Origin: Candidatus Babelota bacterium
GTDB taxonomy: Bacteria > Babelota > Babeliae > Babelales > JAHIUU01
DNA: 64,000 nucleotides
Direction of reading: 5' to 3'
NCBI GenBank assembly: GCA_018817025.1
Contig: JAHIUU010000006.1
Coordinates: 179,996-243,995 of the forward strand
In this document: positions 55,027 to 64,000 of the stretch, one piece after another
Layout: each line of letters opens with the position of its first letter
How positions within the stretch are numbered: position 1 is the stretch's first letter
The notes under the pieces: generated by a model
Told to the model about the DNA's origin: nothing
Seen by the model: the letters and a program-made list of their open reading frames with translations, nothing else
The model's database searches: none
Translations under genes and position numbers: made by a program

Positions 55027-55655
55027 TCTCGCTCGTCTATCCATTTTTGTGTCGAGCCTGTGACCGATTTGTTGCTCGAGAACAGGTTTTTTGTTCAGAT
55101 TGTTTTTCACGAATTAAAAAAATTCCTCCTTCTTTTATTTCTCTTACGACAAATATTTCGATTAAAATTTATTCAGTATCAGATTATAAAGAACCTTTGC
55201 GATCGCTTATTTTACGCAAAAAGAGTTCTGATAGATTAGCGGCCCGTCAGTTAGGGGAAATAATGAGTCGTCTGGACGTTGGAAAATTTGATTATCTTAT
55301 TCCGGTTCCGTTACATTGGACGCGCTATGCTCGACGAGGGTTTAATCAGTCTCGTGAGATCGCTTGTGTGCTGAGCAAAAAGTTTGACATACCTGTGGTT
55401 GATCTCCTGAAGAGAGCCAAACGAACAAGGTTTCAGTCGAATTTATCACATGATTTGCGACAGGACAATGTCGATTCTGTTTTTGTTGTCCAGCGAAAAT
55501 ATCATGATATATATTGTGCGATTGTGCGAGGCAAAAATGTCTTGCTTGTTGATGATCTTTGCACGACTGGTGCGACACTTAAAAATGTTGCCCGACCGCT
55601 ACTTGCCGGTCAGCCTCGGTCGATTTCGGCGATTGTTGCATGCCGGGTCGTGTAG
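55011..55655 (+). CDS. comF: ComF-family phosphoribosyltransferase-domain protein
   Basis: 214 aa. N-terminal zinc ribbon CRACD...CSDC. PRTase motif VLLVDDLCTTGATL. Confidence 0.8.
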   Translation: MGYELISLVYPFLCRACDRFVAREQVFCSDCFSRIKKIPPSFISLTTNISIKIYSVSDYKEPLRSLILRKKSSDRLAARQLGEIMSRLDVGKFDYLIPVPLHWTRYARRGFNQSREIACVLSKKFDIPVVDLLKRAKRTRFQSNLSHDLRQDNVDSVFVVQRKYHDIYCAIVRGKNVLLVDDLCTTGATLKNVARPLLAGQPRSISAIVACRVV

Positions 55656-55656
55656 G

Positions 55657-55887
55657 TTACCACCTTCGGAACTGGCCGCCGAATCTATTGAATAGAATCG
55701 TGATATGATGGTGTTGGTTTCTTAGTTTTAGACCATTATAAAGAAGATAGATGCCGAGAGCGGCAATTGCTAGCCGAAATAGAAATTCCCCAAGAGCGAA
55801 AAAAAGAATAACCGCTCCGAGGATTGTTAAGATCCATCCAAGAATATTATTGTACGGAGAATATGGCGACTGATTACGTCGGAACAT
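55657..55887 (-). CDS. possible small two-TM membrane protein
   Basis: This is the 76-aa part of track ORF 55657..56064 that lies downstream of tRNA-Glu (MFRRNQSPYSPYNNILGWILTILGAVILFFALGEFLFRLAIAALGIYLLY...). The longer ORF would translate through two tRNA genes. Confidence 0.35.
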   Translation of the reverse strand: MFRRNQSPYSPYNNILGWILTILGAVILFFALGEFLFRLAIAALGIYLLYNGLKLRNQHHHITILFNRFGGQFRRW

Positions 55888-55914
55888 GAGTGAAACACCT
55901 TCCGAAAAATTACA

Positions 55915-55991
55915 TGGCGTCCCCAAGGGGATTCGAACCCCTGTTACAGGAATGAAAATCCTGTGTCCTAACCTGGCTAGACGATGGGGAC
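55915..55991 (-). tRNA. tRNA-Glu (anticodon UUC), CCA encoded
   Basis: The reverse complement is GTCCCCATCGTCTAGCCAGGTTAGGACACAGGATTTTCATTCCTGTAACAGGGGTTCGAATCCCCTTGGGGACGCCA. Acceptor GTCCCCA/TGGGGAC, anticodon loop TTTTCAT. Confidence 0.9.
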
Positions 55992-56003
55992 ACACCAAAA
56001 AAA

Positions 56004-56079
56004 TGGTGAGCCGCGCAGGGCTCGAACCTGCGACCCACAGCTTAAAAGGCTGTTGCTCTACCAACTGAGCTAGCGGCTC
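56004..56079 (-). tRNA. tRNA-Lys (anticodon UUU), CCA encoded
   Basis: The reverse complement is GAGCCGCTAGCTCAGTTGGTAGAGCAACAGCCTTTTAAGCTGTGGGTCGCAGGTTCGAGCCCTGCGCGGCTCACCA. Anticodon loop CTTTTAA. Confidence 0.9.
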
Positions 56080-56153
56080 AACTACATGTTAAAAAGTATA
56101 GGATTCGCCGCTCTTTTGTCAAGCAACTATAAGAAAATTTCTTTGATTAATAC

Positions 56154-57551
56154 TTAGCCGAGAAACCTACTGCAGACGGCACAGTATATTAATATACCCA
56201 AGATGTCCATAAGGGTGGCGAGAAACGGTGCTGCTGAGTGGGCTGGGTCTAGGTTAAGCCGCTCTAGGAGGAATGGAATAAACGCCCCGAGGATCATCGA
56301 CATGTTGATGATAAGAACGAGTGAGATGCCGATTGCGATGGTGGCAGTTAGGTTATGGTATAAAAAATAGATGCGGGCGAAAGTTACGAGAAAGAGTACC
56401 GAGGCAAGGGCGATTGACATGCCGAACTCTCTAACAAGAACTCGGACTGCATTTTTTCGTGAGATCTCACCGGTTGCGAGCCCCCTAATGACCAGGGTCG
56501 CGGATTGGTTTCCTGCGTTTCCCCCAGTGCCAATGAGCATGGTTAGGAAGAATGACATGATGACATGGTTTTGAATGAGGGCTTGGTATTTTCCGAGAAT
56601 GAATCCAGAAAGACTTTGAAAGATGAGAAGAGAGGCGAGCCAGATGCCTCGCTGGAAGAAGAGGCTTGAAAACGTCGTTTGAAAGTAGCTGTGTTCAACG
56701 GGGGCGAGACCGGACATTTTATAGACGTCTTCACTCGCTTCCTCTTCAACGATATCGACGATATCGTCGGCGGTGATGACACCAAGAAAGTTGTTTTGCT
56801 CATCGACGACCGGTGCGGATAGAAGTCCGTAGTGATGCATCTGTCTAGCGACTTCTTCTTGGTCCACGTGCACGTTAATAGCGAGTTCGTTTTTGTGTAT
56901 CACGTGAGTGAGTGGTGTTTCAGACTTATTGATAACTAAATCTTCAAGGTTGATGTACCCAACGAGAATGTTGTCTCGATTGGTGACGTAAATTCGTCGC
57001 ATTGTTTCTTTTGGGATTTCAACGCGTTGCAAGAGCGAAACGCTTTTTTTTATGGTGAAGTCTCGTTGGAGCGTGATGACATCGCTGTTCATAATTCTTC
57101 CTGCGGAGTCAGGGTCCAGATGGAGCAGCGAGATTATTTTATTTCGTTGTTTTCTTTGGATAAGTTTTAGATATTGTTGTAGGTCTTCGTCTGAAACGCA
57201 CTCAAAGAGATCGGTGAGCTCGTCAGACGGCATTTTTTGAAAGATGATTGCCGCTTCGTCGAGGTCTAAGGTTTTTATGAGACTCGCTTGGATGCTTTCG
57301 GTGAGCTCTTGAAATACTTTTACGGCAAGGGCTCGGGGAAGCTTTTTGAAGAGAAGTTTTTGTTTTGGGGTGTCAATTTTTTCTATGATTTCGGCTATGT
57401 CAGCATGATGTTGGCGTAGCAGTTTTTTCCAGAGCTCTTGGCCTTGGAGTGTGTCTTCGCGAATAACGGATAGGATGTTATTTTCGATTTGGGCAAGAAT
57501 TTCTTCAACGTTTCGAGTATGCAGCATCCGCGATTCCTTCTTGTGCGCCAA
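56154..57551 (-). CDS. mgtE: magnesium transporter MgtE
   Basis: 465 aa. MgtE N-domain, a CBS pair, and a C-terminal TM domain with GTGGNAGNQSATLVIRGLATGEI and PFLATLMDILG. Confidence 0.9.
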   Translation of the reverse strand: MAHKKESRMLHTRNVEEILAQIENNILSVIREDTLQGQELWKKLLRQHHADIAEIIEKIDTPKQKLLFKKLPRALAVKVFQELTESIQASLIKTLDLDEAAIIFQKMPSDELTDLFECVSDEDLQQYLKLIQRKQRNKIISLLHLDPDSAGRIMNSDVITLQRDFTIKKSVSLLQRVEIPKETMRRIYVTNRDNILVGYINLEDLVINKSETPLTHVIHKNELAINVHVDQEEVARQMHHYGLLSAPVVDEQNNFLGVITADDIVDIVEEEASEDVYKMSGLAPVEHSYFQTTFSSLFFQRGIWLASLLIFQSLSGFILGKYQALIQNHVIMSFFLTMLIGTGGNAGNQSATLVIRGLATGEISRKNAVRVLVREFGMSIALASVLFLVTFARIYFLYHNLTATIAIGISLVLIINMSMILGAFIPFLLERLNLDPAHSAAPFLATLMDILGILIYCAVCSRFLG

Positions 57552-57616
57552 CTATAAAAATATGATACTATAAAACCATAGGAATTATAAGCAATAACCG
57601 CAAGGATACCAAAAAA

Positions 57617-58567
57617 GTGGAGAAAGACAATAATACCACAAGTGTTGAGAAAATAGTTACGATTAGCTGTGATTGCGCGAGCGAAGAGCGTCTCGACGCG
57701 TTTCTGTTTCGTGAATTTCCAGACTTTTCTCGGTCATACTTCCAAAAATTGGTCTCCCAGGGCCTGGTTGAGGTGAACGGCCGGAGAGTTTCAAAGAGCT
57801 TTTTGGTGAGCAAGGGCGACCAGATCATTATTTCGTTTCCGAAGCCTGCCGCTTTTGCCGTAGAGCCCCAGTACGTCGATTTTGATATTGTTGATACTCA
57901 GAAAGATTTTCTTATCATTAATAAGCCGGCTGGACTAACGGTTCACCATACAAAAGAAAAGGGGTATGATCCTACCCTTGTGCATGGGCTTCTGCATAGA
58001 TTTAAAGAGTTCTCCGAGTTTGATGATAATGAGCGGCCTGGCATTGTGCACCGGCTTGATAAGGGGACCTCAGGGTTGTTGGTCGTTGCTCGAAACATCA
58101 AGGCTCAGATCGAGCTAGCGAGACAATTTAGAGATCGTCTTATTCAGAAGAGTTATTTAGCCGTTGTTACGGGGCATCCTGACCAAGAGGGGAAAATCGA
58201 GTTGCCCGTTGGACGTCATCCTGTTGAGCGAAATAAGATGTCACATGTCAGTTATGCTGGTAAGCCGGCCCTTACGCACTACAAAGTCGTACAATACTAT
58301 AAAGATTGCTCGCTTGTCTCTGTCAGGATTGTGACAGGAAGGACTCATCAGATCAGGGTTCACTTCGCGGCGTTAGGCCATGGCCTGCTTGGGGACATTA
58401 TGTACGGAAACGAGTCGAAGTTTATCAAGCGCCCAGCGCTGCATTCGTGGAAGTTGGCGTTTGATTTTAAGGGTAAGCGGTACGATTACTGGTGTCCGGT
58501 TCCAGACGATTTTAAACGACTGTTACATCTTTTACGTGGGGAACGTGTAGAACCGGCTGAAAAGTGA
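57617..58567 (+). CDS. rluD: 23S rRNA pseudouridine synthase, RluA/RluD family
   Basis: 316 aa. S4-like N-terminus (RLDAFL...), catalytic HRLDKGTSGLLVVA, and TGRTHQIRVH. Confidence 0.9.
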   Translation: MEKDNNTTSVEKIVTISCDCASEERLDAFLFREFPDFSRSYFQKLVSQGLVEVNGRRVSKSFLVSKGDQIIISFPKPAAFAVEPQYVDFDIVDTQKDFLIINKPAGLTVHHTKEKGYDPTLVHGLLHRFKEFSEFDDNERPGIVHRLDKGTSGLLVVARNIKAQIELARQFRDRLIQKSYLAVVTGHPDQEGKIELPVGRHPVERNKMSHVSYAGKPALTHYKVVQYYKDCSLVSVRIVTGRTHQIRVHFAALGHGLLGDIMYGNESKFIKRPALHSWKLAFDFKGKRYDYWCPVPDDFKRLLHLLRGERVEPAEK

Positions 58568-58612
58568 GGTTTCTAAACTCACGTTCTTTGCTAAGATTAA
58601 TAAACTTGTTTG

Positions 58613-58640
58613 TTGACACCGTGTTTGTAGTCCCTATACT
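58613..58640 (+). promoter_or_regulatory. sigma70-like promoter for tRNA-fMet
   Basis: TTGACA (58613-58618), 16-nt spacer, TATACT (58635-58640), about 30 nt upstream of the tRNA. Confidence 0.45.
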
Positions 58641-58669
58641 TAGAAACATGTTCTTGAAATCGAATACAT

Positions 58670-58746
<77 letters not shown>

Positions 58747-58940
58747 AAATTGATATTGTTCGCTGGTTCAACCACGACACATCCCCATGGAATTCTCTCA
58801 TAAATTTTATTTCTCCCTTCCGGGAACCTCTCTGGCCTATCTTCCTAAAATCGCACTTCTATGATATACTGGAAAAACTTTCTATCCTTGCGTCTAAGCC
58901 AAAAAATAGCTGTAAAACCATGGTTTCGAGGTAATATTCG

Positions 58941-59717
58941 ATGTGTCCACGAATTTTTCATATTTATGGCCCCTTGTGGGTCAACGGTTATGGTTTGATG
59001 ATTGCGCTTGGATTCATGCTTTTTACTTATTTAACCTATAGACACCCACGGCGTAAGCGCTTAATTTCTGATGAGAACTATCTCAATGTTCTGTTTATTG
59101 GTTTTTTGTCCGCTATTGTTGGCGGGCGATTTCTTTTTGTATTATTTAACTTGTTTAGTTTTGATTCGGTTGCAGAGATTTTTTACCCCTGGGTTGGTGG
59201 GTTTAGTTTATTTGGGTCGATTATTTTTGTTTTGGTCGCAGTATCAATTTATTAAAAAAAAATTGATACTGCGATTTTTCCGTTTTTTGATGTGATAGCC
59301 TTGTATGTTCCATTGCTGCAGTCGGTGGCTCGGGTTGGGTGCTTTCTTGCTGGGTGTTGTTACGGTGCGCCGACGAAACAGTGGTGGGGTGTGACTTTTA
59401 GCTCGTTACACTCACTCGCGCCGCTTCATGTTCCTCTTCATCCGACACAGCTTTATTCATCTCTCGCTTCGTTGTCTATTTTTTTTATTTTGTACTTTGT
59501 TTCAAAAAGGATTTATCGAATACCTGGAACGCTTGTCTTGCTTTATCTGATTCTTGAGAGCTGTTCTCGGTTTACGGTTGATCTTTGGCGTGGGGACGGT
59601 GATATTGCAATGCGGGGGATCGTTTCGGTTCTTTTTCTCATATCACTTGTTGTTTTAATTAACCTTGTCTACGGAAAAAAAAATAAAGATATAAAAAATA
59701 AAAAAGAGGCACGTTAG
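58941..59717 (+). pseudogene. lgt: prolipoprotein diacylglyceryl transferase (lgt) interrupted by a single in-frame TAA at 59253-59255
   Basis: Track ORFs 58941..59255 and 59292..59717 are in the same frame (offset 351 nt). Codons 59256-59291 read KKIDTAIFPFFD and continue an Lgt-like sequence (…GGRFLFV…WVGGFSLFGSI… * …ARVGCFLAGCCYG…LHPTQLY…). The combined length of about 258 aa is typical of Lgt. Confidence 0.75.
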
Positions 59718-61502
59718 ATGTCGATTTTTAGTTTTGTAAAATCAAAACTTTCTATACTCGACGTTGTCCTTGAGTATTCGCAGCTCAAGCGTGCTGGCGG
59801 TTACTGGAAGGGGGCGTGTCCATTTCACTCGGAAACAGATGCCTCGTTTACGGTGAGTCCTGATAGGCAAATATTCTACTGTTTTGGTTGTCACTTAGGG
59901 GGAGACTTGATAGCGTTTATTGCGAAAATTGAGAATATGTCTCAGATTGAGGCGGTACACCACTTGATCGATAAGTATGCGATTCAGGTTCCGAGTGATA
60001 TGAAAAGAGATTTTACGTCTCCGGTGAAGAGCGGGCAGAAGGACCAGTTCTTTCATACGTGTGATTCGGCGGCACGCTGGTGCCATGATCAGCTTTTGAT
60101 TAATACTGTTGCAAAAAAATATCTTGAAAAACGATCGGTTGGTCAGGGCGAATGGAAGCGGTTTTCGATAGGATACTTTCCTGGAGGGACTCGTGTTTTG
60201 AATCGGTTTTTAAAAGATATGGCGACACAGAACGTACTCACAAAAGATTTGATTGAGGCTGGCGTTGTTGCTCAGGGAAGAACAACGCTTTACTCGCCAT
60301 TTGAAGAAAGAATTATTTTTCCAATACGAGATATGCTAGGTCGTGGTTGTGGGTTTGGTGGAAGGGTATTTTTGCCGAATGACGAACGAGCAAAGTACTA
60401 CAATAGCAAAGAGTCGATGTTTTTTTCGAAGGGAAAGCTATTGTTCGGGTTGGACCTTGCAAAAAAAGAGATGCAGTATGCTGGGAAGGCATTTTTGGTT
60501 GAGGGTTATACCGACTGTGTTGCGATGGTGCAGCATGGATATAAAAATACGATTGCAACGTTAGGGACGGCATGTACAGCTGACCATCTCAAGACACTTT
60601 CCCGTTATATAAAAACGCTTTACGTGCTTTATGATGGTGACAATGCAGGACAAAAGGCTATTTTGCGGTTAACAAAACTGTGTTGGGAAGCAAATCTTGA
60701 TTTGCAAATTGTGCAGCTGGAGCCGGGGCATGATCCCGCATCGTTTTTGGAGAGTCACGGGAAGCTTGATTTGCTGGTTGATCGGGCGAGTGACATTATT
60801 ACGTTTTTTGTTGGGACTTTAGGCGAACAGTTTTGGGGAAAGTCGCTTTCTGAGAAGATGGAGTTGTGCGATAAAATTATTCAGGTGCTCGCTCGAGTTG
60901 ATGATGCGTTTAAACGAGATCTTCTTCTTCAGCAGGCGGCGAGCGTGATGCAGATTCCATTTGAATCGCTTAAACTTTTGCTTGAGCGTCATCGTCAGAA
61001 GGGCATAACACCCCAACGAGATGTGGAGAAAAGCATACAGAAAGATGTTGTGTGTGAAAAGTTTTGTGATGTTTCTCCAATTGAGAAAAAGATTGCGTCG
61101 ATCGTGATAAATAATGCAACGGGTATTGAAAAGTTTTTTGTTGATAAGGATTTGTTGCCCTATTTTTCGAAACCGGTTAAAGCGGTTTTGACAAAAATAG
61201 CACTGTTTAATGAGAGCCCGTTATCGAGTCAGAGATTTGATTCATTGTTGGAATTTTTTGATGATCCTGTTGATCGTGATTGGGTAATAGAACAGAGCTT
61301 TGTTGTAGAGGAGGAGTTCCCATACGATTTACTTGAGAAGCTGCAGTTTCGATTTCGAAAAAACAATTGGAAGCGAATTGTCCAGGACATGAAAAAGAAG
61401 GTGTTCCAGGCAAAGCAACAGTGCGATGAGCAGACGGTCAATGGGTTATTACATTCATTTTTAGAATTAAAAAAAGAGATGAAAGAAAGGGGGCTTATAT
61501 GA
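59718..61502 (+). CDS. dnaG: DNA primase
   Basis: 594 aa. Zinc ribbon [36 protein letters not shown] region [11 protein letters not shown]...YDGDNAG. Confidence 0.95.
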   Translation: MSIFSFVKSKLSILDVVLEYSQLKRAGGYWKGACPFHSETDASFTVSPDRQIFYCFGCHLGGDLIAFIAKIENMSQIEAVHHLIDKYAIQVPSDMKRDFTSPVKSGQKDQFFHTCDSAARWCHDQLLINTVAKKYLEKRSVGQGEWKRFSIGYFPGGTRVLNRFLKDMATQNVLTKDLIEAGVVAQGRTTLYSPFEERIIFPIRDMLGRGCGFGGRVFLPNDERAKYYNSKESMFFSKGKLLFGLDLAKKEMQYAGKAFLVEGYTDCVAMVQHGYKNTIATLGTACTADHLKTLSRYIKTLYVLYDGDNAGQKAILRLTKLCWEANLDLQIVQLEPGHDPASFLESHGKLDLLVDRASDIITFFVGTLGEQFWGKSLSEKMELCDKIIQVLARVDDAFKRDLLLQQAASVMQIPFESLKLLLERHRQKGITPQRDVEKSIQKDVVCEKFCDVSPIEKKIASIVINNATGIEKFFVDKDLLPYFSKPVKAVLTKIALFNESPLSSQRFDSLLEFFDDPVDRDWVIEQSFVVEEEFPYDLLEKLQFRFRKNNWKRIVQDMKKKVFQAKQQCDEQTVNGLLHSFLELKKEMKERGLI

Positions 61503-63628
61503 GTAAGCGCAAGAAGGAAACGGTCAAGAAAAAAATGGTAAAGAAAAAGCAGGCGGCCAAAAAGAAGATTACAAAGAAAAAGGTTGTGAAAAAGAAGGTT
61601 TTGAAAAAAGTCTCTAAGGAGACGGTTTTTAAGAAGAAAAAAGTTGCGAAGAAGAAAGTTTCTGCGCTTGGCCGTCTTACAAGGCAAGTGTTGAGCGCGG
61701 CAAAACAGGTTATGACCGGCTCTAAGCCGAAAAAAGCTGTTAGCAAAAACAGGATTCTGGCGAGAAAAATAAAGATGTCTGGAGAAAAAGACAATAAGAT
61801 AACGCTTAAAGATATAGAAAAACAGGTTGCCGTTTTTATTGAAAAGGGCGGTAATGAGGGTGTCCTTACGTATGAGGAGGTGGCATCGTTTCGACAAAAG
61901 CATCAGTTGGATGAAGAAGATACGGATCAGCTGTTAGAGCTTCTGGAGAAAGAGAACATTGATTTAATTTCAGGTGAGGATCTTTCGTCTTCTGACGGTG
62001 GATTTTTGAGGTTTGGGCAGGAAGAGTCCTCTTCGTTTCAAACAATTAAAAGTAATCTTGAGTCATCAATCGCAAAGGTTGAGCTAGAGAAGGAGGCTGA
62101 CGAGTCGTCCAAGGCGATCAAGGAAGTTGCGAAGTTAAAATATTTAATGGAGACCCCGCAGCTCAATGACCCGGTTAAGCTTTACTTAAAAGAGATAGGG
62201 AAAATCCCTTTGCTCAATAAAACTACAGAGAGAGTTATTGCGAACAATATTTCTCAGGGAAAAATCGATTCGGCGGATGCTATTTCGCACTTTCCATTTG
62301 TTATAAAGGATTTATTTGCTGCGGCGGAACGCTTAGAAAAGGATCCGCTATTTTTAAAAGATCTAATTCAGTTTTCTGATTTTGATGAGGACAATTCTCC
62401 AAAGTTTGAGGCCGAACGAAAAAAACTTTTAAAAACGATTGGCGAAATAAGAGCACTTGTTGCCAACGAGGAAAAGATTTATCGTTCTTATCGTAAGGAA
62501 ATCGAGGGCAATCCTGAGAAGAAAAAAGAGATGTTGGTCAAGATAGAAGAAAATAAAAGTGAAGTCATCGCAGCAATTAAAAGAATAAAACTTTCTAACA
62601 AGCAGATTAGGAAGTTTGGTAAAAAGATCGATAAACTTCTGGAAAAAATTCATGAGCGTGATGACGAGATAAAACGCGATTCTGAAAAACTCAAGTTCTA
62701 CCAAGGAATCAAGAATCCAAAGGGGCCTGATTTAGAGCAGATCGAGGTGCTTGAACGAGACATTCGGATGGCAAAAAAACAGATTAAAAAGGCAGAAGCT
62801 GACTCTGGAATGCCTCGAGAAAAGATGATGAGGTTTTATCAACAGTTTTATCGGGCGCAGATTAAAGATAAGTCTGCAAAGGACGATCTTGCCAGGGCAA
62901 ATCTAAGGCTTGTGGTAAACATAGCCAAAAAATATATCAATCGTGGTTTACACTTTCTCGACTTGATTCAGGAGGGAAATATTGGATTATTGAAGGCGGT
63001 TGAGAAGTTTGAGTTTGAGCGCGGTTTTAAATTTTCTACCTACGCAACTTGGTGGATTAGGCAGGCGATTACTCGAGCGATTGCAGATCAGTCTCGTACC
63101 ATTCGAGTTCCAGTCCATATGGTTGAAACGCTTAATAAAATTAATAAGATTACCCGTACGTATGTTCAAGAGGTTGGTAAGGAGCCGTCATATGCTCAAC
63201 TTGCAAAAGAGTTGAATCTTGATGAAAAGAAGATCAAAAATATTATTAAGATTTCAAAGGAACCAGTCTCTCTAGAGACGCCGGTTGGGGATAGCGAAGA
63301 TACGTATCTAAAGGATTTTATTGAGGATGAAAATGAGTACACGCCGATGGATGCGGTGGTTAATGATGATCTTAAAGAAAAGGTTCGTGAAGTGCTCAAA
63401 ACGCTGACTCCTCGAGAAGAAAAAGTGCTAAAGATGAGGTTTGGGATTGATGTTGCGTCTGAGCATACGCTTGAAGAGGTCGGGAAGGATTTTTCAGTGA
63501 CGCGGGAGCGGATTCGACAGATTGAGGTGAAGGCGTTGCGAAAATTGCGGCACCCGTCAAGAAGTAGGAAGCTTCAGACGTTTCTCGACAAAGAGAGCGA
63601 GATTCTTTCAAAGGAGCCTATCGAATAG
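61499..63628 (+). CDS. rpoD: primary sigma factor RpoD with a Lys-rich N-terminal extension
   Basis: 709 aa. Region 2 is [44 protein letters not shown]. Region 4 is [34 protein letters not shown] overlap with dnaG. The first ~60 aa are KKKV-type repeats. Confidence 0.95.
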   Translation: MSKRKKETVKKKMVKKKQAAKKKITKKKVVKKKVLKKVSKETVFKKKKVAKKKVSALGRLTRQVLSAAKQVMTGSKPKKAVSKNRILARKIKMSGEKDNKITLKDIEKQVAVFIEKGGNEGVLTYEEVASFRQKHQLDEEDTDQLLELLEKENIDLISGEDLSSSDGGFLRFGQEESSSFQTIKSNLESSIAKVELEKEADESSKAIKEVAKLKYLMETPQLNDPVKLYLKEIGKIPLLNKTTERVIANNISQGKIDSADAISHFPFVIKDLFAAAERLEKDPLFLKDLIQFSDFDEDNSPKFEAERKKLLKTIGEIRALVANEEKIYRSYRKEIEGNPEKKKEMLVKIEENKSEVIAAIKRIKLSNKQIRKFGKKIDKLLEKIHERDDEIKRDSEKLKFYQGIKNPKGPDLEQIEVLERDIRMAKKQIKKAEADSGMPREKMMRFYQQFYRAQIKDKSAKDDLARANLRLVVNIAKKYINRGLHFLDLIQEGNIGLLKAVEKFEFERGFKFSTYATWWIRQAITRAIADQSRTIRVPVHMVETLNKINKITRTYVQEVGKEPSYAQLAKELNLDEKKIKNIIKISKEPVSLETPVGDSEDTYLKDFIEDENEYTPMDAVVNDDLKEKVREVLKTLTPREEKVLKMRFGIDVASEHTLEEVGKDFSVTRERIRQIEVKALRKLRHPSRSRKLQTFLDKESEILSKEPIE

Positions 63629-63631
63629 ACG

Positions 63632-64000
63632 ATGAAGATTTTACACGTCATTACGAGCTTAAAGATTGGTGGAGCGGAAGTGGCGTTGCACAATTTATTA
63701 GAGTCTTGGCAATCACAGCATGATCGAAAACATGATCATGCTGTGATTTTTATTTATGGCGGGCCGTTTGTCGAGAAAATTCGAGCGCTTGGTGTTCCTG
63801 TCTACTATCTCAAGGGTCTGATTTCCCCTTACGATTTACTCTCTTTTTATAGGCTTTTCACGTTGGTTAAAACGATAAAGCCTGATGTGATTCACTCAGC
63901 GTTGTGGTCGGCAAATATTATGGCACGAATTGTTTCGTGGTGGTACAAAATTCCGGTCATCTGCGATCTGCATGGAGACTGTGCTTATCATGGTGCTATC
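63632..64000 (+). CDS. GT4-family glycosyltransferase, N-terminal part (runs off the right edge)
   Basis: MKILHVITSLKIGGAEVALHNLL... is typical of a GT4 N-terminal Rossmann domain. AAGGAG lies upstream. The frame is open to 64000. Confidence 0.7.
   Translation, partial: MKILHVITSLKIGGAEVALHNLLESWQSQHDRKHDHAVIFIYGGPFVEKIRALGVPVYYLKGLISPYDLLSFYRLFTLVKTIKPDVIHSALWSANIMARIVSWWYKIPVICDLHGDCAYHGAI

Overview
This is a compact, AT-rich, almost fully coding segment of a bacterial chromosome with a Gram-negative-type envelope. I count about 65 protein genes and 4 tRNAs (Phe-GAA, Glu-UUC, Lys-UUU, initiator Met-CAU). I saw no rRNA, CRISPR array, transposase, integrase or prophage genes. Most of the window is housekeeping: tpiA (partial), mreB, a class A PBP, ruvA, gatB, an RNase G/E family nuclease, pal, and a truncated F-type atp cluster (atpE, two b-type subunits, atpH, atpA only). 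It also holds a deoxynucleoside kinase, a recD2-like helicase, an aminotransferase-murC-NlpC/P60 unit, ffh-rpsP-KH-trmD-rplS, rnhB, rpsF-rpsR, dapF, a cysK-like gene and gltX. The right half carries an APC permease, rpsU-rbfA-kpsF, pilD with a pilin, a DsbD/CcdA-like protein, pheT-lspA-pgpA-like-comF, mgtE, rluD, lgt, dnaG-rpoD and a partial GT4 glycosyltransferase. Canonical operons are scrambled: no rimM, no atpB/G/D/C here, pheT without pheS, rpsF-rpsR without ssb or rplI. Lineage-specific secreted or envelope genes sit between the housekeeping genes: three paralogous MOMP-like outer-membrane proteins, a signal-peptide ankyrin-repeat protein, a tectonin-repeat plus coiled-coil protein, and several lipoproteins and coiled-coil membrane proteins. 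This content suggests a host-associated, possibly amoeba-associated lineage such as Dependentiae/TM6, but that is a low-confidence inference from gene content only. The items most worth a second look are: (1) a 516-bp intergenic region (50038-50553) with G+C-rich, highly self-complementary blocks that I could not assign to any RNA class; (2) lgt interrupted by one in-frame TAA; (3) the secreted tectonin/coiled-coil protein; (4) tandem diverged CI-like (HTH plus S24) repressors; (5) a TrmD-Tm1570 double-SPOUT fusion; (6) an orphan promoter-plus-terminator unit that looks like a ~100-nt sRNA. I found no clear multi-gene novel system such as a defence island.
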